This document shows positions 19,791 through 28,967 of a DNA stretch of 41,324 nucleotides, piece by piece. Source of the DNA: Fibrobacteria bacterium. GTDB lineage: Bacteria > Fibrobacterota > Fibrobacteria > UBA11236. The notes beneath the pieces were generated by a model. It had not been told where the DNA came from. It made no database searches and saw only the letters and a program-made list of their open reading frames with translations. Position numbers and translations under genes: made by a program. Positions within the stretch are counted from its first letter, which is position 1, and every line of letters begins with the position of its first letter. The stretch covers positions 1 through 41,324 of the forward strand of contig JAYTHY010000019.1 in assembly GCA_043732185.1 (NCBI GenBank), written 5' to 3'.

Positions 19791-19859
19791 GCTTTCCATT
19801 TAATCCGTCTAGAACAGCAGTAAAATAGTTTGCCACCGACCTAACCCTGAGGTATTTTT
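19791..19859. repeat. Direct repeat A, copy 2 (between GH16 and the dehydratase)
   Basis: See copy 1; offset 1011 nt. Confidence 0.9.
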
Positions 19860-19902
19860 AGTAAAATTGGAAACAATAGGAATTGGGTAGAAAAGGATCC
19901 TT

Positions 19903-21006
19903 ATGAAAATCAAGCGCATTTCAATATTCAAGGTCGAACTTCCCCTAGTGGAAGGGCAGTACAACTGGTCAGAAGGTAAAAGCGTCAGCGCCTTTGATTC
20001 TACTGTCGTCAAAATGGAAACGGACGAGGGCATTACCGGGTACGGAGAAATCTGTCCCTTAGGTCCCGTATACCTGCCCTCCTTTGCCGCCGGAGCTAGA
20101 GTGGGAATCGGGGAAGTGGCCCCGCATTTAATTGGCGAAGATCCCCTTCAAGTCGGCGCGATCAATCTCACCATGGACCGCGCCCTAAAAGGCCATGCCT
20201 ATGTGAAATCGGCTTTGGACGTAGCTTGCTGGGACATTTTGGGCCAAAAAGCCGGAGTGCCAGTTGCAGTATTGCTCGGTGGAAAATTCGGTGAATCCGT
20301 ACCCTTGTATCGCGCCATTTCCCAGGACACACCCGCCAACATGGCCGGCAAGGTCAAGGGGTACAAAGCGGAAGGCTACAAGAAATTCCAACTCAAAGTA
20401 GGTGGAAATCCGGACACGGATATAGAGCGCATTAAAATGGTCGCCCAGCAATTGGATGATACGGATACACTCGTAGCCGATGCCAATACCGGATGGTTGA
20501 TGCATGAAGCCCTGCGAGTGGTCGCCGGCGTGCAAAACATTAAAGTGTATATCGAGCAGCCCTGCTTATCCTATGCGGAATGCCTTTCCGTCCGTCAGCA
20601 TACGTCCTTACCTTTCGTTCTCGACGAATGCATGGATGATATCCACGGGATTATGAAAGGTGCTCAAGACAAGGCCATGGATGTGGTCAATATCAAGATC
20701 AGCAAGCTGGGCGGACTGACCAAGGCCAAGCAGGCCCGTGATCTATGCGTGTCCTTGGGGATAGGCATGACCATTGAGGATACCTGGGGCGGCGATATCG
20801 TAACAGCCGCCATTGCCCATCTCGCGCATAGCACGCCCTCACGGTTCATGTTTTCCAGTACCGACTTCAACAGCTATGTGACCAAGAGTATCGCTACCGG
20901 TGCTCCCAAGAGAATCGCAGGTCGAATGAGTGCCGGGGACAAACCTGGACTTGGCATTCAGCCCATTGTGGCTGCGCTTGGGGATGCTGTCGGCGTGTTC
21001 AGCTGA
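19903..21006 (+). CDS. cis-3-hydroxy-L-proline dehydratase (enolase superfamily)
   Basis: [50 protein letters not shown] and TDFNSY match the c3LHyp dehydratase group as I recall it; hydroxyproline gene context. Confidence 0.8.
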   Translation: MKIKRISIFKVELPLVEGQYNWSEGKSVSAFDSTVVKMETDEGITGYGEICPLGPVYLPSFAAGARVGIGEVAPHLIGEDPLQVGAINLTMDRALKGHAYVKSALDVACWDILGQKAGVPVAVLLGGKFGESVPLYRAISQDTPANMAGKVKGYKAEGYKKFQLKVGGNPDTDIERIKMVAQQLDDTDTLVADANTGWLMHEALRVVAGVQNIKVYIEQPCLSYAECLSVRQHTSLPFVLDECMDDIHGIMKGAQDKAMDVVNIKISKLGGLTKAKQARDLCVSLGIGMTIEDTWGGDIVTAAIAHLAHSTPSRFMFSSTDFNSYVTKSIATGAPKRIAGRMSAGDKPGLGIQPIVAALGDAVGVFS

Positions 21007-21103
21007 GACGCGGATATTGCGGCGGGGGGCGAAGCACCAATCCCCGCTAACTATTCTCATGTGTATTTAATATCGCCCGGAACCCATATGGAGGGCGTGT
21101 GTG

Positions 21104-22006
21104 TTAGGGAGGTTCAACGGATTTTTCAAATTGCACCGCCAAAATCTTTTGGTAGAACTTGTTCGTGGCAATCCAAATAAGCAGAATGAGTATGAATAGA
21201 GTGGCCGAATAATCGACTACCCGGTATTGGAATTCTTCAAAAAAACTTTTCCAAGGAAACGCTGCGTTTTCAAAATAGGCATGCAGCATTGTAGGTGGAG
21301 AAGGGAAAATTGGGTTTTGCCCAAAACTTCCAGCTGTGTAGTAAAAGCCTACGAAAATCAGAAAATAGGCGGCAACCAACACTAAGCGGAGTTCAAATTT
21401 CCTGCCTTGGTTATCGGTTTCCACCCGCGTTCGATATGGTTTTCTTTTGATCGTATGGATAATTCCGAAGAGTGAAATTCCGGAAACTAGGACAAGGAAA
21501 GAAATATTTCCGAGGGCCCTTTTCTGTGACAGCGCTTCCGAAAAATATCCAAATCCGTTAAGCGACAATGCAGTTAGTAAGATTGCGAATAGCGGTAATA
21601 GGGACCAGAGGGAAAGAAAACGAAAAGTGGAACGAGGCACCAAAGGGGCCCGTTGAATGGAATCTTTGGGAATCCGTATCCGAACCTTTTCTTCAATTTT
21701 TCCAAAATAGAGAGCAAGGACAATTAACAGCAATACAAAAACAGGAATGTGAACTGCGAATAGGAGCCAGTTAGACCCGATGCTTAACGCTAATACCAAT
21801 ACCAGTAAGGAAATTAAACAGGCCAGGCGAAGTGGTGCAAGGGGAGCTTTACGATGGGTGGCTATGAATTCAGGGTTGGAAAATACCCAGGCTGGATTTC
21901 GGGAAAGCGTTCGTTGCCTTTCAGCCTGAACCAACTTTGGACCTGCCACCATAAATGTGAGAATCATCTGCAAGCTATACAGGACCGCTTCTATATAGAG
22001 ATTCAT
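21104..22006 (-). CDS. Polytopic membrane protein, unknown function
   Basis: About 7 hydrophobic segments; ATGA-coupled to the GntR gene. Confidence 0.75.
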   Translation of the reverse strand: MNLYIEAVLYSLQMILTFMVAGPKLVQAERQRTLSRNPAWVFSNPEFIATHRKAPLAPLRLACLISLLVLVLALSIGSNWLLFAVHIPVFVLLLIVLALYFGKIEEKVRIRIPKDSIQRAPLVPRSTFRFLSLWSLLPLFAILLTALSLNGFGYFSEALSQKRALGNISFLVLVSGISLFGIIHTIKRKPYRTRVETDNQGRKFELRLVLVAAYFLIFVGFYYTAGSFGQNPIFPSPPTMLHAYFENAAFPWKSFFEEFQYRVVDYSATLFILILLIWIATNKFYQKILAVQFEKSVEPP

Positions 22007-22392
22007 TCGACTTCCTTTTGTTTATGAATTTTAAAAGTGCGGCGAAATATTTCTTGGAGATTGTCGGCAGAAAGTCCGCGGTTTTTCCAATAGGATAAGA
22101 GTTCTTGAATTTGTTCAGCCGCAGCCTTATCCATCGTTTCTTTTAGGTTTGGTTGGGCATTTGCATGGACGAAGGTTCCACGCCTGCCCGCAGTGTGGAT
22201 GATTCCGTCTTTGTCCAGTATTTGATAAGCCTTTGCCACGGTGGCGGGGTTCACTTCCAAATCCGAGGCCAATTGACGAATGGGCGGAAGCGGATCTCCA
22301 ATGGTTAACTCCCCACCAGAGATGGCCTTGCGTATTTGCAGAATAATTTGCTCGTAAACCGGAAGTAAGGAGCGGGCGTCGATTTCTATCAT
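22003..22392 (-). CDS. GntR family regulator, YtrA subfamily
   Basis: 129 aa; PVYEQI, GDPLPPIRQLA, VNPATVAKAY, GRRGTFV. Confidence 0.9.
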   Translation of the reverse strand: MIEIDARSLLPVYEQIILQIRKAISGGELTIGDPLPPIRQLASDLEVNPATVAKAYQILDKDGIIHTAGRRGTFVHANAQPNLKETMDKAAAEQIQELLSYWKNRGLSADNLQEIFRRTFKIHKQKEVE

Positions 22393-22434
22393 ATTGTACT
22401 AGTTCAATATAGTACAATACTTTTAAAAAGTCAA
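22392..22434 (-). promoter_or_regulatory. Promoter TTGACT-N17-TATATT overlapped by the palindromic operator TATTGTACTA-N8-TAGTACAATA
   Basis: -35 at 22434-22429, -10 at 22411-22406; perfect 10-bp inverted arms at 22392-22401 and 22410-22419, resembling YtrA-type boxes. Confidence 0.8.
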
Positions 22435-22437
22435 CTG

Positions 22438-22457
22438 TTTCTGCTGGCTGGCAGAAA
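22438..22457 (-). terminator. Possible terminator hairpin after the ALDH genes
   Basis: TTTCTGC-N6-GCAGAAA inverted repeat; weak U tract. Confidence 0.35.
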
Positions 22458-22478
22458 TAAGTCCTTAAAGCGAAGTTT

Positions 22479-24050
22479 TTACCACTGCCACTCTCCGTTG
22501 ACCATGCGCCAAATCGCGAGCGGATTCTGCATTTGCAATTCCACCGGTAAAAGTGCATCCGGCAAATCCTGATAACACATGGGTCGCGTAAACCTATAAA
22601 TGGCGTTAATCCCGACTGAGGTAAAATGTTCAAATGTGGACGCAGGAAAGGGTCCCCCGTGATGCATTGAGGGGCAAACCTCCACTCCGGTGGGAAACCC
22701 ATTTACGATAAGCCGTCCCACCTTTTGTCGCAAAGTCGGGAAAAGTCCGGAAAAGCGAAGTAAATCCCCCTCCGTTCCATGAATAGCGCCAGCAAGGTGT
22801 CCTTTTAAGGACTCGGCTACTTGTTCCATTTCCCTTGCGTTTTCGCAAAGCACCAGCAAGCAGGCGGGCCCAAATACCTCTTCACCCAATTCCGGTTTTT
22901 GGATTATATCTAATGCCCGCATCTGCAATAGTGCGGGCTGCGCATCCGTATCTTGATGTGCTCCAGTACTCTTGCTCTTGAAAAGAAGTTCGACCTCTGG
23001 GTGCTTTAGTTTGGACTGTAAGGTGGCTTCGTAACCCGATTTAATGGATGCATTCACCATGGTTCCAACCGGGCTTTCCCGTAACTTTTCAAGGATAAGT
23101 GCAAAAAAGCTTTCTGTTTCCGGGTTTCTTAAAGCGATGACTAGTCCCGGGCAAGTGCAAAATTGGCCCGCGTACATGGTCAGAGATTGCACCAGGCCGG
23201 TCGCCAAATCTCCTCGGTTGGCGGCTACGGTTTCTGGTAAAAAAAAGATGGGGTTGGACGAACCCATTTCCGCATAGACAGGGATCGGGTCCGGCCTCTG
23301 AGCGGCGACGTCGAAAAGGGCGCGGCCACCTCGGTAGGATCCGGTAAATCCCACGGCGCGGATATTGGAATTGCGAACCAGCGCTGTGCCAACGGAGTGC
23401 GAGACCCCGTGAAGCAAGGAAAAAACACCCTCTGGCATACCTGTTTTTTGCGCAGCTTCAAGTATGGCTTCGGCATAAATATCCGAGGTCCCGGGATGGC
23501 CAGGATGGGCCTTGACAACTACTGGACAACCGGAGGCCAGGGCAGAAGCCGTATCGCCACCGGCAGTGGAATACGCTTGGGGAAAGTTTGAAGCGCCGAA
23601 AACCGCCACGGGCCCGATAGGAATTTGATATTGTCGGATATCCGGTTTGGGAATGGGCTTGCGTTCAGGTTGGGCTGTATCAATGCTGGCCCGTACCCAG
23701 GAACCCTCTCGTAGCATTGCCGCGAACTGACGCAATAGGTTTACGGTTCTGTCCCGCTCACTCAAGATCCTGGCGGGCAGGTAGGCGGTTTCTTGCGACA
23801 AACGCATCAGCAAGACTGCCTCGCGTGATAGAACCGATTCGGAGATGGCCTCCAAGAATTCGGCGCGACGGTGGCCGGGGAGTAGTCTGTACGTTTTGAA
23901 AGCTTCTGCAGCCTTTAGACAGGCCGATGCTATCTCACCGGCCGCTGCTTCTTTAAATTGACCGGGAAGCGCATCACCCGTTGTCGGATCAAGCGCTTGG
24001 AACCTAGCGTTTTCTGAATATTTTTCCGAAATAGGAACGCTTTCTGCTAC
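22479..24050 (-). CDS. Alpha-ketoglutaric semialdehyde dehydrogenase-like ALDH, copy 2 (no canonical start codon)
   Basis: FGASNFP, GFTGS, EMGSSNP, GQFCTCPG, EEVFGP. The frame is open and homologous to copy 1 upstream of the ORF-track start (RFQALDPTTGDALPGQF), and stays open back to the TAG of copy 1. Confidence 0.8.
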   Translation of the reverse strand, partial: VAESVPISEKYSENARFQALDPTTGDALPGQFKEAAAGEIASACLKAAEAFKTYRLLPGHRRAEFLEAISESVLSREAVLLMRLSQETAYLPARILSERDRTVNLLRQFAAMLREGSWVRASIDTAQPERKPIPKPDIRQYQIPIGPVAVFGASNFPQAYSTAGGDTASALASGCPVVVKAHPGHPGTSDIYAEAILEAAQKTGMPEGVFSLLHGVSHSVGTALVRNSNIRAVGFTGSYRGGRALFDVAAQRPDPIPVYAEMGSSNPIFFLPETVAANRGDLATGLVQSLTMYAGQFCTCPGLVIALRNPETESFFALILEKLRESPVGTMVNASIKSGYEATLQSKLKHPEVELLFKSKSTGAHQDTDAQPALLQMRALDIIQKPELGEEVFGPACLLVLCENAREMEQVAESLKGHLAGAIHGTEGDLLRFSGLFPTLRQKVGRLIVNGFPTGVEVCPSMHHGGPFPASTFEHFTSVGINAIYRFTRPMCYQDLPDALLPVELQMQNPLAIWRMVNGEWQW

Positions 24051-25592
24051 CTATCGCTGCCATTCTCCGTTAATCATCCGCCATATCGCCAAAGGATTTT
24101 GCATTTTCAATTCCTGAGGCAACAGTGATTCCGGCAGGTTTTGGTAACAAGCTGGCCGCGTGAACCGGTAAATTGCCGTTGTGCCCACCGAAGTGAAATT
24201 GGGGAAAGTAGTGGAAGGGAAAGGTCCGCCATGATGCATGGAGGGACAAACCTCAACACCGGTTGGAAAACCATTTATGATTAGTCTACCGACCTTTTGT
24301 TCCAAGATGGAGAATAAGGCGCGATGCTCCGAGAGATCCCCGTCCGTGCCGTGCAGTGTGCCTGTGAGCTGGCCCGTCAGTGATTCCGCCAAGGCCGACA
24401 TTTCGGCTTCGTTTTCGCAAACCACCAGGACAGCGGCGGGTCCAAAAATTTCCTCGCCAATTTCAGGATGCTTTAGAAAGTCCTTTCCCGTGGTGCAAAG
24501 CCATGCTGGCGGCGCTTCCGAATCCGGATGCGCACCCTTGACCTGGCTTAGGTATAAGGTCTGTACGTATGGATGACTGGTTCGTTCTTTGAGCGCTCCG
24601 GCATAGCCTTGTTTGATGGAAGGATGCACCATGGTACCGGTGGCAACTTTTTTCAATTGTGCCGTCACCGCTTGGGCAAAGGCATCGGTAGCCGGGCCTT
24701 TAAGGGCCACCACCATGCCGGGGCAGGTGCAGTTTTGACCCACTCCCATGGTAAGCGAAGCTGCGAAATTTTCCGCGATGGTCTCTCCTCTGCTTTGCAA
24801 GGCTTCGGGCAATAGAAACACCGGATTGGTGGAACTCATTTCTGCATAGACGGGGATGGGTTCGGGTCTGGCATTGGCCATATCGAACAACAACCGGCCG
24901 CCTTTATAAGAACCGGTGAAACCCACCGCTTTGACATGCGGATTTTTTACCAAGGCTTCACCGATGGCATGGGAATTCGCATGGATGAGGGAAAATACAC
25001 CGTCCGGCATGCCGGTTTTTTTAGCGGCCTCCAGGATGGCTTCTGCGTAAATTTCGGCGGTACCGGGATGGGCTTTGTGGGCTTTTACAATTACCGGACA
25101 ACCTGCAGCCAAGGCCGACGCAGTATCGCCGCCCGCCGTAGAAAAGGCCTGGGGGAAATTCGAAGCCCCGAATACCACCACGGGGCCGATTGGAATTTGA
25201 TATTGGCGCAGATCGGGTTTGGGAATGGGCTTGCGGTCCGGAAGGGCCGTATCAATGCTGGCCCGTACCCAGGAACCTTCTCGCAGTAAAGCTGCGAACT
25301 GACGCAATTGGCTAACGGTACGGTCCCGCTCACCTAATATCCTTGCGGGTGGGTAGGCGGTTTCTTGACCCAAACGCGTCAACAAAGCAGTCTCACGGGC
25401 TACAACGGCATCGGCGATGGCCTCTAGGAATTCGGCGCGACGTTTGCCGGGCAGCATTCGGTAAGCACGAAAAGCTTCCGCGGCCTTTTGACAAGTCGTT
25501 TCGATTTGCTCCGTAGTCGCAGCCTGAAATTGACCTGGAAGCAGCGCACCAGTAGTCGGATCCACAGCTTGAAACATTGTTGTGTTGTTCAT
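24051..25592 (-). CDS. Alpha-ketoglutaric semialdehyde dehydrogenase-like ALDH, copy 1
   Basis: FGASNFP, EMSSTNP, GQNCTCPG, HHGGPFP; coupled to the deaminase gene; hydroxyproline pathway context. Confidence 0.88.
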   Translation of the reverse strand: MNNTTMFQAVDPTTGALLPGQFQAATTEQIETTCQKAAEAFRAYRMLPGKRRAEFLEAIADAVVARETALLTRLGQETAYPPARILGERDRTVSQLRQFAALLREGSWVRASIDTALPDRKPIPKPDLRQYQIPIGPVVVFGASNFPQAFSTAGGDTASALAAGCPVIVKAHKAHPGTAEIYAEAILEAAKKTGMPDGVFSLIHANSHAIGEALVKNPHVKAVGFTGSYKGGRLLFDMANARPEPIPVYAEMSSTNPVFLLPEALQSRGETIAENFAASLTMGVGQNCTCPGMVVALKGPATDAFAQAVTAQLKKVATGTMVHPSIKQGYAGALKERTSHPYVQTLYLSQVKGAHPDSEAPPAWLCTTGKDFLKHPEIGEEIFGPAAVLVVCENEAEMSALAESLTGQLTGTLHGTDGDLSEHRALFSILEQKVGRLIINGFPTGVEVCPSMHHGGPFPSTTFPNFTSVGTTAIYRFTRPACYQNLPESLLPQELKMQNPLAIWRMINGEWQR

Positions 25593-26512
25593 TTCGATGC
25601 GGCCTTCGCCATGGTGAGAGAGGGCCGGGTGGCAATGGCTTGTCGCACGATACTCAAAATTCTTTCGCGTTCTTCGCCTTCCAATTTAAGGCGGGGAAGC
25701 CGAACATTTTCCGAACCGTAGCCGCATTCTTTGGCAGCCAGTTTGATGTATTGCACCAGCTTGATGGAAGTATCGAGATGCAGGCAAGGCGTGTACCAGC
25801 GGTAAACGTCCAAAGCTTCTTTATATCGTCCAGCCGTGGCCAAATCCCACAGTAATTTATTCTCGGCAGGAAAGGCGGATACCAAACCGGACACCCAACC
25901 CGTGGCGCCCAGAACCAGGGATTCCAAAGCTAAGTCATCTACCCCGCAAAAGATTTGCATGCGATTTCCCAGGGCATTGAAAATATCCGTGATGCGGCGG
26001 GGATTGTCGGACGCTTCTTTGACGCACACGATGTTCGGCTCACTGGCCAAAACTTTGAGGCAGTCTACGGTAACGTCGACATTATAACTGGGGGGATTGT
26101 TATAGGCCATGATTGGGAGTGAAGTGGACCGGGCGATGGTTTGAAAGTGGTGGATGATTTCACGCGTATCCGCCTTGTAAGCCATAGAGGGCAGCACCAT
26201 AAGGCCGTCAACACCAGCAGCTTGTGCATCTTTGACAAACTGTACGCCACGGACCGTGGTCATTTCCGAAACGCCCGTCAACACTGGGACGCGTCCTTTG
26301 ATATGCTTGACTGCCCCAGTCAGGATAGCCTGCTTTTCCGAGGCTTCAAGGGAATTGTTTTCACCGCATGTGCCCAGCAAAATCATGCCGTGCACGCCGG
26401 CATCAAGCATAATGTCGATGTGTTCCAAAGTTTTACCCATGTTGATGGAAAGGTCATCATTGAAGTGGGTTAAGGCTGCTGGGTAAACGCCCCGCCATTG
26501 AGTAGATGACAT
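25589..26512 (-). CDS. lhpC: DHDPS family, probable delta1-pyrroline-4-hydroxy-2-carboxylate deaminase
   Basis: WRGVYPA, LGTCGE, YNNPPSY, VKEAS, CGVDDLALES, LVQYIKL; AAGGAG RBS before MSSTQW. Confidence 0.82.
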   Translation of the reverse strand: MSSTQWRGVYPAALTHFNDDLSINMGKTLEHIDIMLDAGVHGMILLGTCGENNSLEASEKQAILTGAVKHIKGRVPVLTGVSEMTTVRGVQFVKDAQAAGVDGLMVLPSMAYKADTREIIHHFQTIARSTSLPIMAYNNPPSYNVDVTVDCLKVLASEPNIVCVKEASDNPRRITDIFNALGNRMQIFCGVDDLALESLVLGATGWVSGLVSAFPAENKLLWDLATAGRYKEALDVYRWYTPCLHLDTSIKLVQYIKLAAKECGYGSENVRLPRLKLEGEERERILSIVRQAIATRPSLTMAKAASK

Positions 26513-26655
26513 ACAATTCTCCTTCTGCCGGATAACCGGGATGTTTGGGAAAGAAAATCTACTCAACTTCAGGAAGACTGTCCGCTCTAGTCGGTAAGTT
26601 TTGAAGTCCATGCGCAGTAAATTGTGCTAGTTTTCCTAGGAATCCAGGGGGTAGC

Positions 26656-27630
26656 ATGTCGGCAAGCAAGGTGGATGGATTTTTTCCTGAGAAACTCGAA
26701 GTGATCGATTCGCATACTGGTGCCGAACCCACGCGGATGGTGGTCTCAGGATGGCCCCAACCTATTGGACCGGATATGGAAAGCCGACGCACCTACATGC
26801 GTGAAAACCAGGACGCCTTGCGTCGGGCCAGTATTTGCGAACCCCGTGGACATGATGCCATCGTCGGGGCCATGCTCACTCCGGCCGTTCACCCCGGCTC
26901 AGTGGCCGGTGTGATTTTCTTCAACGATGTCGGGTACCTGGGGATGTGCGGACATGGTTTGATCGGAACCGTAGCCACTCTCAAATTTATGGGGAAGATT
27001 TCTGAAGGCTCTTTGCGGGTGGACACGCCCGTCGGTACCGTGGCCGCGACCCTGGATGCCGAAGGCTTTGTTTCGATTGAAAATATTGCCAGCTATCTGT
27101 ACCGGGAAAAAGTGACGGTGGATGTGCCCCAAGTGGGTCAGGCGGTGGGGGATATCGCCTATTCCGGCAACTGGTTTTTCATGGTGGAAGCCACTCCCAT
27201 AGAACCTCGCATGGAAAACCTGGATGCACTTATGTCATACAGTAAAAAAATTCGCCAAGCGTTGGAATCGGCTGGAATCACTGGACCATTGGGTGAAAAA
27301 ATCGATCACATTGAAATCTACGGCCAAGCCCAGCATGCCCAAGCCCAAAGCAAAAACTTTGTGCTCTGTCCTGGCAATGCCTATGACCGTTCCCCTTGCG
27401 GCACCGGTACCAGCGCTAAAATGGCATCGTTACATAAAAAGGGAAAATTGGCTTTAGGCGAAAAATGGATTCAGGAAAGCATCACCGGTTCCATTTTTGA
27501 AGGACATCTCTTGAAAAGAGGCCAAGACCTGATTCCCGTGATTCGATCCACTGCGCATGTGGTGGCTACGTCTACCCTTTACTTTTCGCCTTCTGATCCT
27601 TTCCGAAAGGGCATACCGAATGCGGTATGA
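26656..27630 (+). CDS. lhpA: 4-hydroxyproline 2-epimerase (proline racemase family)
   Basis: IDSHTGAEPTR, EPRG, catalytic MCGH and DRSPCGTGTSA. Confidence 0.88.
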   Translation: MSASKVDGFFPEKLEVIDSHTGAEPTRMVVSGWPQPIGPDMESRRTYMRENQDALRRASICEPRGHDAIVGAMLTPAVHPGSVAGVIFFNDVGYLGMCGHGLIGTVATLKFMGKISEGSLRVDTPVGTVAATLDAEGFVSIENIASYLYREKVTVDVPQVGQAVGDIAYSGNWFFMVEATPIEPRMENLDALMSYSKKIRQALESAGITGPLGEKIDHIEIYGQAQHAQAQSKNFVLCPGNAYDRSPCGTGTSAKMASLHKKGKLALGEKWIQESITGSIFEGHLLKRGQDLIPVIRSTAHVVATSTLYFSPSDPFRKGIPNAV

Positions 27631-28732
27631 AAGCGATATCCTCATCATCGGTGGGGGAATCGTAGGGGCTGCGTGTGCGTGGACCTTACAGCAAGCGGGC
27701 CAAAAGGTCATCGTGCTGGAAGCGAAGCATCCCGGGACCGGCGCAACCGGGGCTTGCATGGGCCATATCGTAACCATGGATGATAGCGAAGCGCAAATGC
27801 AGCTGACTGCCTATTCCCGCAGTGAATGGGAAAAACTGGCGCCTTCACTTCCGCCGGATTGTGAAGATGAACTGGCCGGAACATTGTGGGTAGCCGCGGA
27901 CGATGAAGAAATGGATGCAGTGTTACGCAAGGCCAAATATTACGGCGAGCACGGTGTGGAAACGGAAGTTCTCGATGCCAGGGCCTTGGGCCGAATGGAA
28001 CCCAATCTCAGGCCGGGACTTACTGGAGGCTTGCGAGTGCCCGGCGATCGGGTGGTATACGCCACCAATTGTACGAATTGGATGTTGCGGCAAGTGGATG
28101 TGCGTCCCAACTGTAAGGTGATTGCTCTGGAATCAGGTGGTGCCCGCGACAGCGACGGAAACATTTTCAAAGCGCGAGCCGTGGTGCTGGCTTGTGGGGC
28201 GGAATCGGTGAATCTGTTGTCGGAGCTTCCGATTGAACCACGCAAGGGGCATCTGTGCATCACTTCCCGATATCCCGGTTTTTGCCGCCACCAAATCGTA
28301 GAGCTCGGATACTTGAAATCAGCCCATCAAATGTCCCAAGAATCCGTGGCCTTTAATTTACAACCGCGACCCAATGGACAAATGCTGTTGGGCTCCTCAC
28401 GGGAATTCGCCGGATGGGATAATTCCATCAATCCAAAAGTTTTGTCAAAGATGATTGCGCGCGCATGCGAATACATGCCGAGCATGGCCGCATTACAAGT
28501 GCTGCGCACATGGGTGGGTTTCCGGCCTGCCACTCGCGACAAATTGCCTCTGGTGGGTGCGTGGCCCGATCGGGAAGGTCTTTACATTGCCGCCGGCCAT
28601 GAAGGTCTGGGAATCACCACCAGCATGGGTACGGCCCGGTTATTGGCCGCAGAAATTCTTGGCTTGACACCTCCCTTTGATCCCAAACCCTACCGGGCAG
28701 GACGGACGTTTGCACAGGAAGTCCATGCCTGA
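27620..28732 (+). CDS. lhpB: D-hydroxyproline dehydrogenase beta subunit (DAO-family FAD oxidoreductase)
   Basis: IIGGGIVG, GATGACMGH, PRKGHL, ELGYL, GHEGLGITT; start at MRYES. Confidence 0.82.
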   Translation: MRYESDILIIGGGIVGAACAWTLQQAGQKVIVLEAKHPGTGATGACMGHIVTMDDSEAQMQLTAYSRSEWEKLAPSLPPDCEDELAGTLWVAADDEEMDAVLRKAKYYGEHGVETEVLDARALGRMEPNLRPGLTGGLRVPGDRVVYATNCTNWMLRQVDVRPNCKVIALESGGARDSDGNIFKARAVVLACGAESVNLLSELPIEPRKGHLCITSRYPGFCRHQIVELGYLKSAHQMSQESVAFNLQPRPNGQMLLGSSREFAGWDNSINPKVLSKMIARACEYMPSMAALQVLRTWVGFRPATRDKLPLVGAWPDREGLYIAAGHEGLGITTSMGTARLLAAEILGLTPPFDPKPYRAGRTFAQEVHA

Positions 28733-28967
28733 TATAAGCCTAAAGATCAATGGACTCGCTATCACAGTTCCGGAAAAGACTTCCGTGGCTGTAGCTATTT
28801 ACAAAAGTGGTGCGAAAGTTTTTCGTTCCTCCATCACCGGACAAGCCCGCGGGCCGGTATGCGGCATGGGAATTTGTTACGAATGTTGTGTTACCGTAGA
28901 TGGGTCGCCCTATATTCGCTCTTGTATGACTTTATGCCGAGAAGGAATGGAAGTGACGACAACATGA
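28725..28967 (+). CDS. D-hydroxyproline dehydrogenase gamma subunit ([2Fe-2S])
   Basis: CGMGICYEC...SCMT; overlaps both neighbouring genes. Confidence 0.82.
   Translation: MPDISLKINGLAITVPEKTSVAVAIYKSGAKVFRSSITGQARGPVCGMGICYECCVTVDGSPYIRSCMTLCREGMEVTTT

Noticed and set aside
18802..19834. CRISPR array from the 22-nt perfect repeat
   Set aside because: There are only two copies, 1 kb apart, with no spacers or cas genes.
21021..21048. Terminator between the convergent dehydratase and membrane-protein genes
   Set aside because: A GCGGGG/CCCCGC stem exists but is imperfect and lacks a U tract; too weak to call.
21007..22478. A third direct-repeat-flanked cassette around the GntR unit
   Set aside because: I found no matching repeat between the two flanks by eye.
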